NCBI GenBank assembly: GCA_964016885.1
Contig: OZ024740.1
Location: forward strand, 204,662,001 to 204,726,000
Direction: 5' to 3'
Length of the DNA: 64,000 nucleotides
Source of the DNA: Eledone cirrhosa
Lineage: Eukaryota
Under the pieces are notes generated by a model. The model worked only from the letters and a program-made list of their open reading frames with translations, was not told the origin of the DNA and searched no databases. This document shows positions 40,126-52,147 of this stretch, piece after piece. A program made the position numbers and the translations under genes. How positions within the stretch are numbered: the stretch's first letter is position 1; each line of letters opens with the position of its first letter.

Positions 40126-41199
40126 ATATATATATGTATAGTAATAATATATATTTTATATATTTTACATACATTATAAAACTCTTTTTTAAAAGAATTG
40201 TCCCTCTCAATTTTTTCAATAATGTCACTTTGACGAATCAATGAAAGGAAAAAAAAAACAAAAAAAACGGATCCTTAAATATATTTTCCATGCTATTTCC
40301 AATTTCACCTTTTCTACATAACCACTGTTTTGTATAAAACCTTACTCCCTTTTCATATATATATATATGCAGAGGTTATATTTAATTTGTTGGGATTCAA
40401 CAGGCTTAAACATTTTTTTTTTTATATATATACATATTTATATATATGAGATAAAAAAATTTATATATATGAGATCAAAAAATAGAGCTAGGTTTACACA
40501 AACTATTACCCCTTTCTAGGCCACTTTTTCACAAAATTTTAATGTTCGTGCATAAGTTTAGTTACATTACGACCAGGAATTAGAAGTAATTATACATGCT
40601 CAAAAGACCTTCCTGTTTAATAACAGAGTTATACGCATTAACAAATCTGAAAGTTCAAATAAAAAATTGCATGTGCAAAAATTAGGCATAATTTTCTTGG
40701 TCCCAAACAGATGGTCATATTCAAGAGAGCACAATCAGAATTAAGTCTTATTTATTGACCAATTTAATTGATGTGTAATGAAGATTTTAAATTACTATAT
40801 TAATGTTACATATTTCTATTTCTATGATGATGATAATATAGTAAAAAACAAAATTAGAATTTAGTTTTTTTTTATCTAACATAGCAAATACGTTTCTCTT
40901 TGTCATCACTATAACAAAAGGATGGTGATGGTCATCTAAAAAACATAGCGTAATGAGGCTGTTTGCTTGAAAACGAATGGAATATTATTATTATTCGATA
41001 TAAAACTGACGAATGCACGATAATATAGTAAATATTCATTATATTTTATAATTTCATATCAAGCAAGATTGTTTCCTATTTTACTAACACATCAAACTGA
41101 TTCAGAAGTATAATATAAAGCTTTGAAACATAACAAACTGTGCAGCCCATGAACCCTCAAAACTTTAGAAATTTGGTTGGATATGTAAATGACTCAGAG

Positions 41200-41408
41200 T
41201 GTCATGTAGGTATCATGACAAAAGGCACCCAGTACACACTGTAAATGTGGTTGGCATTAGGAAGGGCATCCAGCTGTAGAAACCTAGCCAGAAAAAGTTC
41301 TATATGAGTAAGATATGGTCACCTGACCCAACTTGCCTCAAATGGGACACCCTGTCTAACCCATGCTAGCATGGAAAATTGACGTTAAACGATGATTATG
41401 ATGATGTC
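41200..41408 (+). mobile_element. RTE 3'-end fragment
   Basis: GGAAGGGCATCCAGCTGTAGAAA...GACGTTAAACGATGAT. Confidence 0.85.
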
Positions 41409-41504
41409 ATCATCCACTAAACCATGAAACTTTTAACTTTTAGTCATCTCCTCATATTTGTAAATGTTAAAACGTTATTTACAAATGCAGTCATTCTGAT
41501 GCAG

Positions 41505-41656
41505 GAATGACCATAATAATAGTCAATCACAAGAAATAATATTTGAAAAATTGGGTAAAATACCCCTGGAGATGGAAAAAAAAGGGGTCAGAAGTGCCCT
41601 TTTTTCCATCTCCAGGGATATTTTACACAATTTTTCAACTATTATTATGGCCATTC
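41505..41656. repeat. Palindromic MITE-like hairpin
   Basis: GAATGACCATAATAATAG...CCCTGGAGATGGAAAAA pairs with TTTTTCCATCTCCAGGG...CTATTATTATGGCCATTC. Confidence 0.88.
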
Positions 41657-41880
41657 AGGGTGGTCGTTTGACAGTATCGGTAGAATGCCGGACAACATGT
41701 TTTATGGCATAGAGTTAGGGCCCTTTACATTCTGAGTTCAAATCCTGCCAAGGTTAGCTTTGCCTTTCATCCTTACGAGGTCGATAAAATAAAGCACCAG
41801 AAATACACTGGGATCAATTTAATCGATTCCCCCACCCACCCAAATTGCTGGCCTTGTGCCGATAGTAGAAATCATTATTA
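41657..41880 (+). mobile_element. tRNA-derived SINE, family 1
   Basis: B-box GAGTTCAAATCC, central GCCTTTCATCCTTACGAGGTCGATAAA, tail GGCCTTGTGCC...TAGAAATCATTATT. Confidence 0.88.
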
Positions 41881-42917
41881 TAGCCACTAACAGAAGAACC
41901 GCCCTTCGGGTGGTTTTCTGCTAGCATATATAGTGTGTATATTGATATACGCAAATATATATGCACATAGATATAATACGTAAATTGACAATATGCACAT
42001 AAACTGAACAAAGACTGTGTTACACTTACTTCTGTAATCAGTAAAGTAATCCATGATACATTTTAAAAAAAGGTGATAATTGTTTCTACTTTAGGCACAA
42101 GGCCAGCAATTACCCAGTGCATTACTGGTACTTTATTTTATCGACCCTGTAAGGTGATAATGGAGATGGAAAAGCGATGAAACTGTTGACCGAAAATGTT
42201 CATGAATCTTCACTTAAGAATGTCGATGGGAAGCTTCAAGCAGTGAATTTGAAAATAGATGCTGCTGGTATGAATGAATGAATTACAGTTACCAATATGA
42301 AGAGTTGACCTTCGCTATATTGTTGTTTTACTGTATTCACATATAGACTTCTTAAGTTTTTGTAGTGTCCCTTTTCTAGCAGTTAAAAAGAAACTGAAAT
42401 GCATTTCAACTAAAAGAGAGTGATAGCTGTTTCACATCACTGTAGAATTTCTTCGTAGTCACAGTTGTCAGCAAACAGACCCCTTTCATTTAATATTTTT
42501 ATATTTCCTTTTTTTGTAACTCATGATAATGCAACATACATCTGACCATGTGAGAAGAATTATGTTGGTAGATATACACCTATCTTTTCAAATGTCTGCC
42601 CTTGTGCCTTGTTGCAAGTAAGAGCAAAGGCTGGTTTGACAGGAAATTGCTTGCGAGTAAAGGTGAAAGGGAACTCAAGCTCTTGAGATACATGTGGTAT
42701 CCTTGGGATTAGCAACCTTGTTCCAGCATTGGGACCCAATGCCACTTCAGCTTCAATTACACGATTATGTAAACTGATGACGATGTAGCATATCCGTTTA
42801 GCGGATCAGATTTCTCGGAAGCATGCTGCAACTGCCTTTCTTCAGTTTAAGTATGTGTGTTGGGAAGCCTAATGGGGTAAGTTTGTTGATGAACTCAATT
42901 GGATATTGCAGTTCATT

Positions 42918-43104
42918 GTGGCTTGGCAGTATCGGTAGAGGGTCGGACGCCATGCTTTGACGCATAGAGTTACGGTCCTTGCCATTCTGAGTTCAAATCC
43001 CGCCGAGGTTAACTTTGCCTTTCATCCTTACGGGGTCGATAAAATAAAGTACCAGTAATGCACTGGGTAATTGCTGGCCTTGTGCCTAAAGTAGAAACAA
43101 TTAT
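42918..43104 (+). mobile_element. Family-1 SINE inserted in the Helitron helicase
   Basis: A-box TGGCAGTATCGG, B-box GAGTTCAAATCC, full central domain and tail. Confidence 0.92.
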
Positions 43105-43174
43105 CTACTGTATCAGAGCTTCTGTAGATTATTTCGTGACCAGGGAACTTGTTGACCATGAACTCATTCACTAA

Positions 43175-44473
43175 TCATGCTACATCATTTGTTGGAGTGA
43201 TAATGGCTCTATTTGCAAGCCATAGTGGGTTTGTGTAGTTTCCTGGAAGATTTGTATACACAAAATCACACAGTCCAGACACATTACCATATTCCAGACC
43301 ATGTTCATTTGGCAGAAGAATTGTGAATGCACCTACAGTTGGAACAGTTGGAATGTTACCATTTCCCACATCAAGAAGGTAGTTTGCAAACTGTCTTTCA
43401 TCAGAATCCTCTGCATTAATTAACCATTGATTGGTTGTCCCCTCCATGGTTTCCACATAGTCCCAGAGATAGGATCTCTTGATGGTTGCCTCAACTATTT
43501 GTGGTCTAGCACCATGACATACAACTGGAAGAATTTGCTTCCAGTCACCAGATAGCAATACTGTTAGACCACCAAATGGCTTTTTGCAATCTCGAACATC
43601 TTTGAAGTTCCTGTCAAGACATTCAAAGATATGCTTATGTCCCATACCTATCTCATCAATGATTAGCAGGTCATCTTGCTGCAAAAGTTTACCTGTGTCA
43701 TCCCCCTTTGTGAAGAAGCAAGTTGATTCAGCAGTCACATTGAGAGGAATCTTGCACTTGGAATGAAGAGTTCTACCTTTGTGAAGCAAAGTGGCTGCTA
43801 TTCCAGATATGGCAGTGGCAAGTGCAATTCTTTTTTTAGATCGGAGGTAATCCAATAGGATATTTATGACATAGGTCTTTCCTGTACCTGCACTTGCATT
43901 CAAGCAGAAAATTCTGCCTTCATTTTCATTTACAGAGGTGATTACTTTGTGAAAAATAACAAGTTGCTCAGGATTCAATGTTGGCAGAAGTTCATTTATG
44001 TTTGCTTGCAGTTGGTGTGTATTGAAATCAGTTTCTGTCATAAGAACCCTGTTGATTTCTGGTATGGCAACAATAGTTGGGTCTGGCTGAGGAAGTTCAT
44101 AGTTGGCATAAATGTCCAAGCCATCATGTTGAAGTCTTTGTTGGATCTTCTGTAGAACAATCTGCACAGTTTGCATGGACATAACTTGCTCATGACGTTC
44201 ATGCATGATATCCTCTGCAAGACAATTCTTCCATTTCTCCCAGAACTGCAGAGGGTCATTTGGCATGCTGTACAATAAAATGGTGCAGAAGATCTCTCGC
44301 AGCTGAAGACCAAGCGTAATGAATGAGGCCTCTTCCATAGCTTTGTCTTTTTCTCCATCTTCATCTAACAGACCAAGTTTCCTGCATGCTTCTTGGAATG
44401 TTGGAAATTCAACTCCTTTAATTGTCCTCAAATCTTTGTATGAAGTTGACCCAGCCTTGTGATGTAGGATCAT
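43175..44473 (-). pseudogene. Helitron PIF1-like SF1 helicase fragment (432 aa open)
   Basis: Walker A SAGTGKT, Walker B IIDE, GDWKQILPV and TPTN. Flanking coding sequence is broken by stops, frameshifts and a SINE. Confidence 0.9.
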
Positions 44474-45759
44474 CCTGAGGTATTATAATTCAGTTTGGTG
44501 TCTACTGAGAGATACTGTTGGAATGCGTCCAAGAGATTCACTCATAAATTGTTGATCACCATCCAGATGTCCCTTTTTTCTTCTTTGCTACTTTTTGTTT
44601 GTCCAAGTGAAATATTTAGGAATATCAATATACAATATGTTTTGTGCCAGTGGGTCTCTAATATTCATTGAAAATATTCTGTCAACTTAGTCATTGGCTG
44701 TCCCCTAGAAACACGGCAAGGCAACTTGTCAACTGGCAGTTTTCGATGATGTAATGGAAATTTATAGATTCTCCAGAATGCTTCACTGGCTAAGATGTAC
44801 CGTGCATTGATATAGGTCTCAATCTCATTTTGGGCATGGACACAATTTCCTTGACACTGTGGACAACCTCACAATTGATGTGGCACTGATATCTCAATGA
44901 GAGGAAAGGGTTGTATGGAACAATCTAACGATTATCAACAGTAAATTTTTTACCTTTAAGTTGGATTGTATGGGTGTGACCACCATGCTGTCTATCCCTT
45001 CTTCTATACTCCAGAAAGGAATTTTTGGCAACAAATATGGTTTGTCTGAATGCCTTGGGATAACTTTTTGAGCAATGGCGTTGTTGTCCTAGCCCTTCCA
45101 TACATGAGCACATCATATTAGCTTGTCCACATTGGCCATGAATGTTGCAGGATGTGATGATCTTATGCAGAATTGGATTGGTCTCTTTATCAGGAATCTC
45201 ACAGTACACTACCTGATCAATGGCATCACCAGTTTTGGGTTTGCTATCTTCATCCATTATCAGCAGAATATGAGTAGGAGTGAGGCCTTGTTTTTTGCCA
45301 CTCTATTGTAGCAGAATGAGCCACAACTTTTCCTTGGACATTTTTTTTTCAGTATGTCATCCATGAGGCTGTCATACTTGAAGACTCTTGCACAAATATC
45401 AGGACGGTCTCAAGGTTCTTCACCAGGGTGCAAACTATTTTTTATTTCATCCCAGTTAGGGTTAGTTGTTACCGTGAGGAAATAAGATGGCTTTCCCATG
45501 TGTCGAACTACAGTCATCAAATTCTGAAAGCACTCACTGTAGAAGCAAGGGGAACCATAGATTGAAGGAGGAAGAGCAATTCTCCGGCCTGCACTTGTTT
45601 CAGACGTTAGACTGTGCCCATGCTGGGGTACCACAATTAAAGGATTTTCTTGACCTCAATTCCAGTACATATATTTTAAAATCTAGTACTTATTTTATTG
45701 ATCTCTTCTATTCTCATTGAAACATGTGTGTGTGTCTATGTGTTCATATGTATGATGGT

Positions 45760-46015
45760 ACCCTATCGCTTGTGACAAGGATTCTTCCAGCTAGTTTTCT
45801 CAAATAGAACTGCCTGAAATTAAGGTGAGAGTGTCTGAGCATTCCATAGACATGTATAATGGAGGGTTTCAGGGTGGGACTACATTGGTTCTTCGACTTA
45901 CTGGCAGAGTACACTTTCTTTTACTTCAGTGGAGAGAAGAAAGGCGAAATAAAGTGTCTTGCTCAAGAACGCAACGCACTGATGGGATTCAAACTCTCAA
46001 CATTGCAATCACGAG
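45760..46015 (-). mobile_element. tRNA-derived SINE, family 2, degraded
   Basis: GAAATTAAGGTG...CTGAGCATTCCATAGAC and AAAGTGTCTTGCTCAAG, matching 55471-55770. Confidence 0.7.
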
Positions 46016-46615
46016 ACACACACACAGACATAAACGTACACACATATGCACACATACACAGATACAGTAACACACATATGCACACACACACATAAGCAAC
46101 ATATACACGCACAGATATATACACATAAACACTTATGCACACACACAGATACACACATAAACACACCATACATATATATATATATACATGTGTGAGTGAG
46201 TCTATGTACTTATGCAATGGTAAAATGAATGTACACCTGTGGATTGAATCATTAGTACTATAGTAAATTATCCTTTCCTTATTTCCACATCTTCACATAC
46301 ATACACACAGCCACATATACAGATAACCACACTATCGTCTATCTTCCTATCTACCTACCTATATATCTACATATCGATCTATCGACCTATCTATCTACTT
46401 GCCAACCTACCTGTCTATCTACCTCTCTCTCACACACACACATATATCTATTCTAGAGAGTGTGTCCGTGAGATGTATAATTGCATTTCAAGAATTACGA
46501 AGAATTTGCAAGTTACTTCATCCGGGGAGGATTAATAATAGCTTCACTAACCTCAGAAGACGATTTGGGTGCAGTATGTATGTGTGTCTTATATATATAT
46601 ATATATATATATATA

Positions 46616-47346
46616 TTCGCGCATGCGCAGTACGGACCAGCCTTCGTGCATGCACAGTACGGACCAGCCTTCGCGCCTGCGCAATATGGACCACCCTTTG
46701 CGTATGCGCAGTACTGACCAGCCTTCGCTATTTGCACTTCGGACCAGCCTTCGCGCATGCGCAGTACAGACCAGCCTTCGTGCATGTGCACTTCGGACCA
46801 GCCTTCGTACATGCGCACTTCGGACCAACCTTAGCGCATGCGCATTACAGACCAGCCTTCACGCATGCACAGTACTGACCTGCCTTTGCGCATGTGCAGT
46901 ACGGACCACCCTTCGCGCATGCGCAGTATGGACCAGCCTTCGCACATGCGCACTTCGGACCAGCCTTCGTGCATGCGCAGTACGGACCAGCCTCTGCGCA
47001 TGCACAGTATGGACCAGCCTTTGCCCATGTGCGCTTCCGAATAGCCCATGCGCATGCGCAGTACGGACCAGCCTTTGCTCATGTGCACTTCGGACTAGCC
47101 TTTGCGCATACGCAGTACATACCGGCCTTCGCGCATGCGCAGTACGGAATAGCCTTCACACATGCACAGTACGGACCAGCCTTCATGCATGCGCAGTACG
47201 AACCAGCCTCTGCACATGCACAGTACAGACCAGCCATCACAAATGCGCAGTACAAACCAGCCTTTGTGCATGCGCACTTCGTTCCAGCCTTCGCAAAAGC
47301 ACAGTACGGACCAGCCTTCACGCATGCGCATTACCGACCAGCCTTC
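46616..47346. repeat. 27-bp CpG-rich minisatellite, about 27 copies (TTCGCGCATGCGCAGTACGGACCAGCC)
   Basis: Direct reading. Flanked by (TA)n on the left and TATA on the right; variants are mostly CpG transitions. Confidence 0.98.
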
Positions 47347-47570
47347 TATATTGTGAATCTTTGCAGTATTGTGTATGTAACTTTGTGACAGAGTGCGTCT
47401 GAGCGTGCGCGTATATGTGTGTATCCGTATATGTTTGTATGCATTCGAGTATATTTATGTAATTGTCATACAAGCGTGTGTGTATATCCATAAATGTATA
47501 TATCTGTAGCTGTTAGTGTGCATTACGTTGTATGTATGTGCGTTGCATCTGTGTTAACCTGTTTGTAGGT

Positions 47571-48974
47571 GAATCTAAACTATAATAAAGTAAGAAGCGC
47601 GGGACTGCGTACAGTTTATAATTTTTTATCCTCTTAGTAAAATAAGTTGGATTACTTTGAATAAATAATGAATGAATATTACATAATTTATCTACTAAAT
47701 TTCGTGGCTGTTCATTAAATATATTTTATTATTTATTTAAAAATTCACTTCTTTAAAGTTTTCAAATGTCTACACTTCCGGTTAGTGATCGTTTAAATAA
47801 ATATTCATAAATTTCTGTCATTAATTTTCTCCTAATGCAGTTTATATATAATATCATCTTTTTTTAATGTATCATGGATTACGTTACTGATTAGATAAGA
47901 CAGTATAACACAATCTTCGTTCAATTTCTGTGTATATTGTCAATTACGGTTTTATTTGATGTATCATATCTACATGCATATATACTTGCGTATAATATCA
48001 ATATACACACTACACATGTTCTGCTAGTTATATTAACTGAGTTTTTAAAAAAAGAGTTAATAAATAAATAAAACGTTATACTTGTTTTACCCTCCCATTT
48101 CCAATTAAACCAAATGCTATCATGACTCTATGTGTGTTTGTGTAAATATATATGTGTGAATGTATGTATGTGTATTTGTGTGAATTATGTCCGTGTGTGT
48201 GTATTTTTATAAGTTTGTGTTTGCGTGATTATAGTTATATACTCAAACATATAGATGTATGTATGTGCACATTCATACACGCCAGTGTGTAGAAAATCAT
48301 AATCTCTCTATCTCTACTCATCACATACTCTCTTTCTATATATATATGGTAGTTAAATTGGTGGTGGTGGCGACGATATACCGGAAGTGCAACTTTGAAA
48401 AGAATTCAATTTTAGATTATTTATTTTTATGAAATTATTTGTTTACGAAATTTAGCACATAAATTATGTAATATTCATTCATTATTTATTCAAGGTGGTG
48501 GATTGGCAGTATCGGTAGAGGGTCAGACGCCATGCTTTCCAGGATAGTTACGTCCCTTAACGATCTGAGTTCAAATCCCGCCGAGGTTGACTTTGCCTAT
48601 CATCCTTACGGGGTCGTTAAAATAAATTACCAGTAATGCACTGGGTAATTGCTGGCCTTGTGCCAAAAGTAGAAACAATTATTTATTCAAGGCGGTGGAT
48701 TGGCAGTATCGGTAGAGGGTCAGACGCCATGCTTTGAAGCATAGAGTTACCTCGCTGTATGATCTGAGTTCAAATCCCGCCGAGGTTAACTTTGCCTTTC
48801 ATCCTTCTGGGGTCGATAAAATAAAGTACCAGTAATGCACTGGGTAATTGGTGGCCTTGTGCCAAAAGTAGAAACAATTATTTATTCAAAGTAATCCAAC
48901 TTATTTTACTAACTGGATTAAAAGAAATAAACATACGCAGTCCCGCAGCCCTTGCTTTATTATAGTTTAGATTC
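47571..48974. repeat. Diverged long inverted repeat (arms 47571-47781 and 48380-48974; the right arm carries two SINEs)
   Basis: GAATCTAAACTATAATAAAG...GCGGGACTGCGTA...TTAGTAAAATAAGTTGGATTACTTTGAATAAATAAT...CACTTCCGGT is mirrored on the right. Confidence 0.9.
48494..48876 (+). mobile_element. Two tandem family-1 SINEs (48494-48677 and 48691-48876) with shared TSD ATTATTTATTCAA
   Basis: TSD at 48481, 48678 and 48877; both copies have A and B boxes. Confidence 0.93.
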
Positions 48975-49777
48975 CTGCATTGGAATCACTACATTTCAAA
49001 TTTTGTCAATTCTTCTTACATCAATGTGTGTTTATGTCATTCGCAATTTCATAACAATATATAATCTATTGTTAACGTTTATAACGTTTTATAGTAAAAA
49101 AAAAAAGTCAAATGAATGAATAATTATAAATAATATTACAAATAGGGAAGGAGTAAAGAAGGGCAGATTGGCTATGTGGGAGAGTAGAGGAAAGGACTGT
49201 AATAAAGCCATAAATGAGAGGAAACGGAGGGGGAAAGCAAGGACTCTAGGGCCACAGATGAAAAGGAGGGGGAAGAAGAGAGAGTGATGGCTCTGGGCTT
49301 AAGGTGCGACATTGTCGGGGCTGCGCCCTGCAGACAAAACTGCAATTTTATTGCAACAATTACAAAGAAAGAAGCTTGAAGATAAATACAAAATTTTCTT
49401 CAGGACAAACTACCAAAATTTAAGTTGCTGTGAAGAACCTTTGGACTTCATAATGCCTGATTCAGTTAAATAGAGAAATATTAATTCAAAGGTTTCATTT
49501 ACTTGTGAACTTGCACTAATATTTACATCTATTACATTAGAAGTGGTACAAACAGGCTCAAAGAATCGTAGCAGAGACAGTAGTAAATGCATCCAAAGTT
49601 AAGACATGGGAGGACTTTCAGGTTAAGTTGGAATCTGACTTCAGGTCAGCAAATAAAATGTTCTGGCAGACTATCCGCCGACTTTGTAATAAGTCCTCAT
49701 CCACACCAGCTATCAGGAATGTGTCTGGGATTCTCCTCTCTTCAGAGAGATGTATCCTGTATTTGGAGGGATTTATT

Positions 49778-50736
49778 AACTAGACATGAAAAATGCGCAA
49801 GCTCAAAAGTGCCACAGAATGTTATAATAAACCTTCAAAAGTGTGGGACTAGAGTTGTTGCTAAAAAATATTGTAATCATTATATATCGTACATTCTGTG
49901 GCATCCTTTATAAAAATAGCTTAAACCAACGAAGCCTTTATTTTTACGCTATTTCACTTAGTTAATTCTTAGAGTGTAACATATAAAAATATGATTTACA
50001 ACTATAAAATAAATTAATTAATATAATAACAGAGCTGCGGAGCTGAAATTTAGGAAATAATGGAGTATCGGATCCTGAGTTGGAGCCAGTCAATTTTTGG
50101 CCGACTCCGCAGCCCTGTATAATACATTTCATATTAAAGTTATTAATAAACCTATTTTACACTTCATGCAAATTACCACGAGATATTGATATTAGATATA
50201 AGATACAGCGCAATATCTACAGCTGTAAAAGTACGAAAGCGAAGTAATAATAAGTGGCTTAAGGTAATTCCAATATGAAAGTTTGTAGTGATAAAAATTT
50301 GATAATGCAATACGATTGTTAATATTATAGTTCTATGAAAATGTAACAATAGATAACTAAATTATTTTACTATTAGTATATTTAAGAAATTATCATTATA
50401 GATTTGATCGTTCATATAAGCATCATATTAAGTTTCAACACAATTATTTTGTTACTACGAGTATATGATAATAATATTACGTAATTATTTATAGCTGTTA
50501 TTACATTAAACATAGATGTATTTATTTTTATATGTTACACTCTAAGAATTAACTAAGTGAAATAGCGTAAAAATAAAGGCTTCGTTGGTTTAAGCTATTT
50601 TTATAAAGGATGCCACAGAATGTACGATATATAATGATTACAATATTTTTTAGCAACAACTCTAGTCCCACACTTTTGAAGGTTTATTATAACATTCTGT
50701 GGCACTTTTGAGCTTGCGCATTTTTCATGTCTAGTT
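49778..50736. repeat. 214-bp inverted repeat, perfect by eye (49778-49991 and 50523-50736), 531-bp spacer
   Basis: AACTAGACATGAAAAATGCGCAAGC...GTGTAACATATAAAAATA and its reverse complement. Confidence 0.96.
50030..50117. mobile_element. 88-bp hAT-type mini-element
   Basis: TIRs CAGAGCTGCGGAG and CTCCGCAGCCCTG; 8-bp flanks TATAATAA and TATAATAC. Confidence 0.75.
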
Positions 50737-51289
50737 TAATATTTTTTTAAGGCAACGCTTGTAATAACTCTAGTTAAACAGGATATATATTAATAATAAA
50801 TTATCGTTGTAATGTAATTAGATTATGTAATTGTTATTATAAATTATCTTATAAATATTAGTGTAAGATGTATAAAAATATTTTCAGACTTTTAATATAA
50901 ACAACTACAAAAAACAATCAATATTAAATCAATATATTATACATAATAGAAAACATAAAATATACAATACAAAAACAAAATATTTACATACAATTGCAAT
51001 TATCAGTGTATATACATTTTCTTTATATTCCCTGAGCAAATTAATAAGATTTGTTTTTATTGTACATAATTTGATGACTTGTTGGAGTGTATTAAAAGAT
51101 AGCAACAATTTGTGATTAAATTGTTATCTTAAGCAACTCACTTTTTAATAGTTGTTGGCTGAGCGAAATTGTAAAAGCCTATGAGCAAATATAAAAAAAA
51201 ATACACAAACAACATTTCCTTGTGTTATTACAACATTAGATAAAATAATTGAGCAATGTCGTTATATTTTGCTCTTATTGCACATTAAT

Positions 51290-51460
51290 AGTGTTTCTAT
51301 TTTTCGGCACAAATCCATTACGGCAGTCCATTACTGGTACTTTATTTAATCGAATTAGTAAGTATGAAAGTCGAAGTTAACCTCGGCAGGATTTGAACTT
51401 AGAATGCAAAGGACCATAACAATACTGCAAAGCATGGTGTCTGACGCTCTACCAATACTT
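51290..51460 (-). mobile_element. tRNA-derived SINE, family 1
   Basis: GTTAACCTCGGCAGGATTTGAAC...CTCTACCAATACT. Confidence 0.8.
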
Positions 51461-51852
51461 GTGTTGAGCTGGTCATTAATTTATGGTGGTCGTGCGTGGA
51501 GTAGAGCAATCGCTAGTTGAAATATTATGAACAAAACATTTTTATTTGCCGAAGAACATATTTTCAATACTGTTTGTGAATGTGACGAAGGAAATACATT
51601 CTGATATGGAACAGTGTACAAAGTGTGTCTGTGAATAACATAATGTTACCTCATGTTGTTGTCAAGACATAATGGATTTCGTATATCCAGTTAGAAGATG
51701 AAACCTAGCCATCTCGGATTAGTTATATTTCATGCCATGTGTAAACGTGTTTGAGGATAGCAAAATATGCGCGTTAATTATAATAATTAGTTAATAATAT
51801 TACAAAATATACCTAATTAAACTCTTTGCTTGAAATTTTATCATTCTTCGTT

Positions 51853-51883
<31 letters not shown>

Positions 51884-52147
51884 GGAGAGAGAGAGAGAAA
51901 GATTTATCTAGTCCTTCGCTCAAGATTAATCTATAAGTTTAGATGTTTGCCTTCGTTTAAGTAAATATTACAGTAAGATTTTTAATATAAACAACTACAA
52001 AAAACAATTAATATTAAAACGAAAAAATTATCAATGATAAAAGAAGCGGATGCAACTTTTTTTTTTATAAAGTTATATTCCTGTTTCTTTAAAGAACATT
52101 TCATTTTTGTTCTATTGTAGGCGAAATAATGCAATGGTTTAATAGGG

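Larger units (their letters stand above)
41887..45650 (-). mobile_element. Decayed autonomous-type Helitron (Rep/HUH plus PIF1-family helicase)
   Basis: Collinear fragments: YGSP/FLTVTTNPNWDEI (45410-45634), a degenerate HUH motif near 45270-45305, EIPD...IHGQCG (44925-45257), helicase 43175-44473 and QFPVKPAFALTCNKAQGQT (42560-42745). A hairpin terminus lies at 41887-41924. Confidence 0.9.

Noticed and set aside
41891-41920. Rho-independent terminator
   Set aside because: The context is eukaryotic, and a Helitron end explains it better.
43175-44473. Host PIF1 gene
   Set aside because: It is intronless, collinear with Helitron Rep motifs and disrupted on both sides.
45825-46217. Short ORFs rich in H/T/V/C/Y (also 53769-54411, 57458-57697, 61572-61754)
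   Set aside because: They are translations of CA/TA/GA microsatellite-like DNA.
46399-47402. Repeat ORFs (AHAQYGPAF, CAVRTSLRA) as real CDS
   Set aside because: They are open in several frames only because the 27-mer lacks stops. The best frame has two stops and a frameshift, and its starts run through (TA)n. Kept only as an alternative hypothesis.
48494-48876. tRNA genes
   Set aside because: The A and B boxes belong to dispersed SINE heads, with no cloverleaf.
49410-49592. Possible hAT dimerisation-domain fragment ending LKFW
   Set aside because: A single weak motif with no supporting collinear sequence.
50888-52018. Direct repeat of about 40 bp (near 50890 and 51980) as LTRs or a TSD
   Set aside because: It is AT-rich and short, has no TG...CA ends, and encloses no coding sequence.
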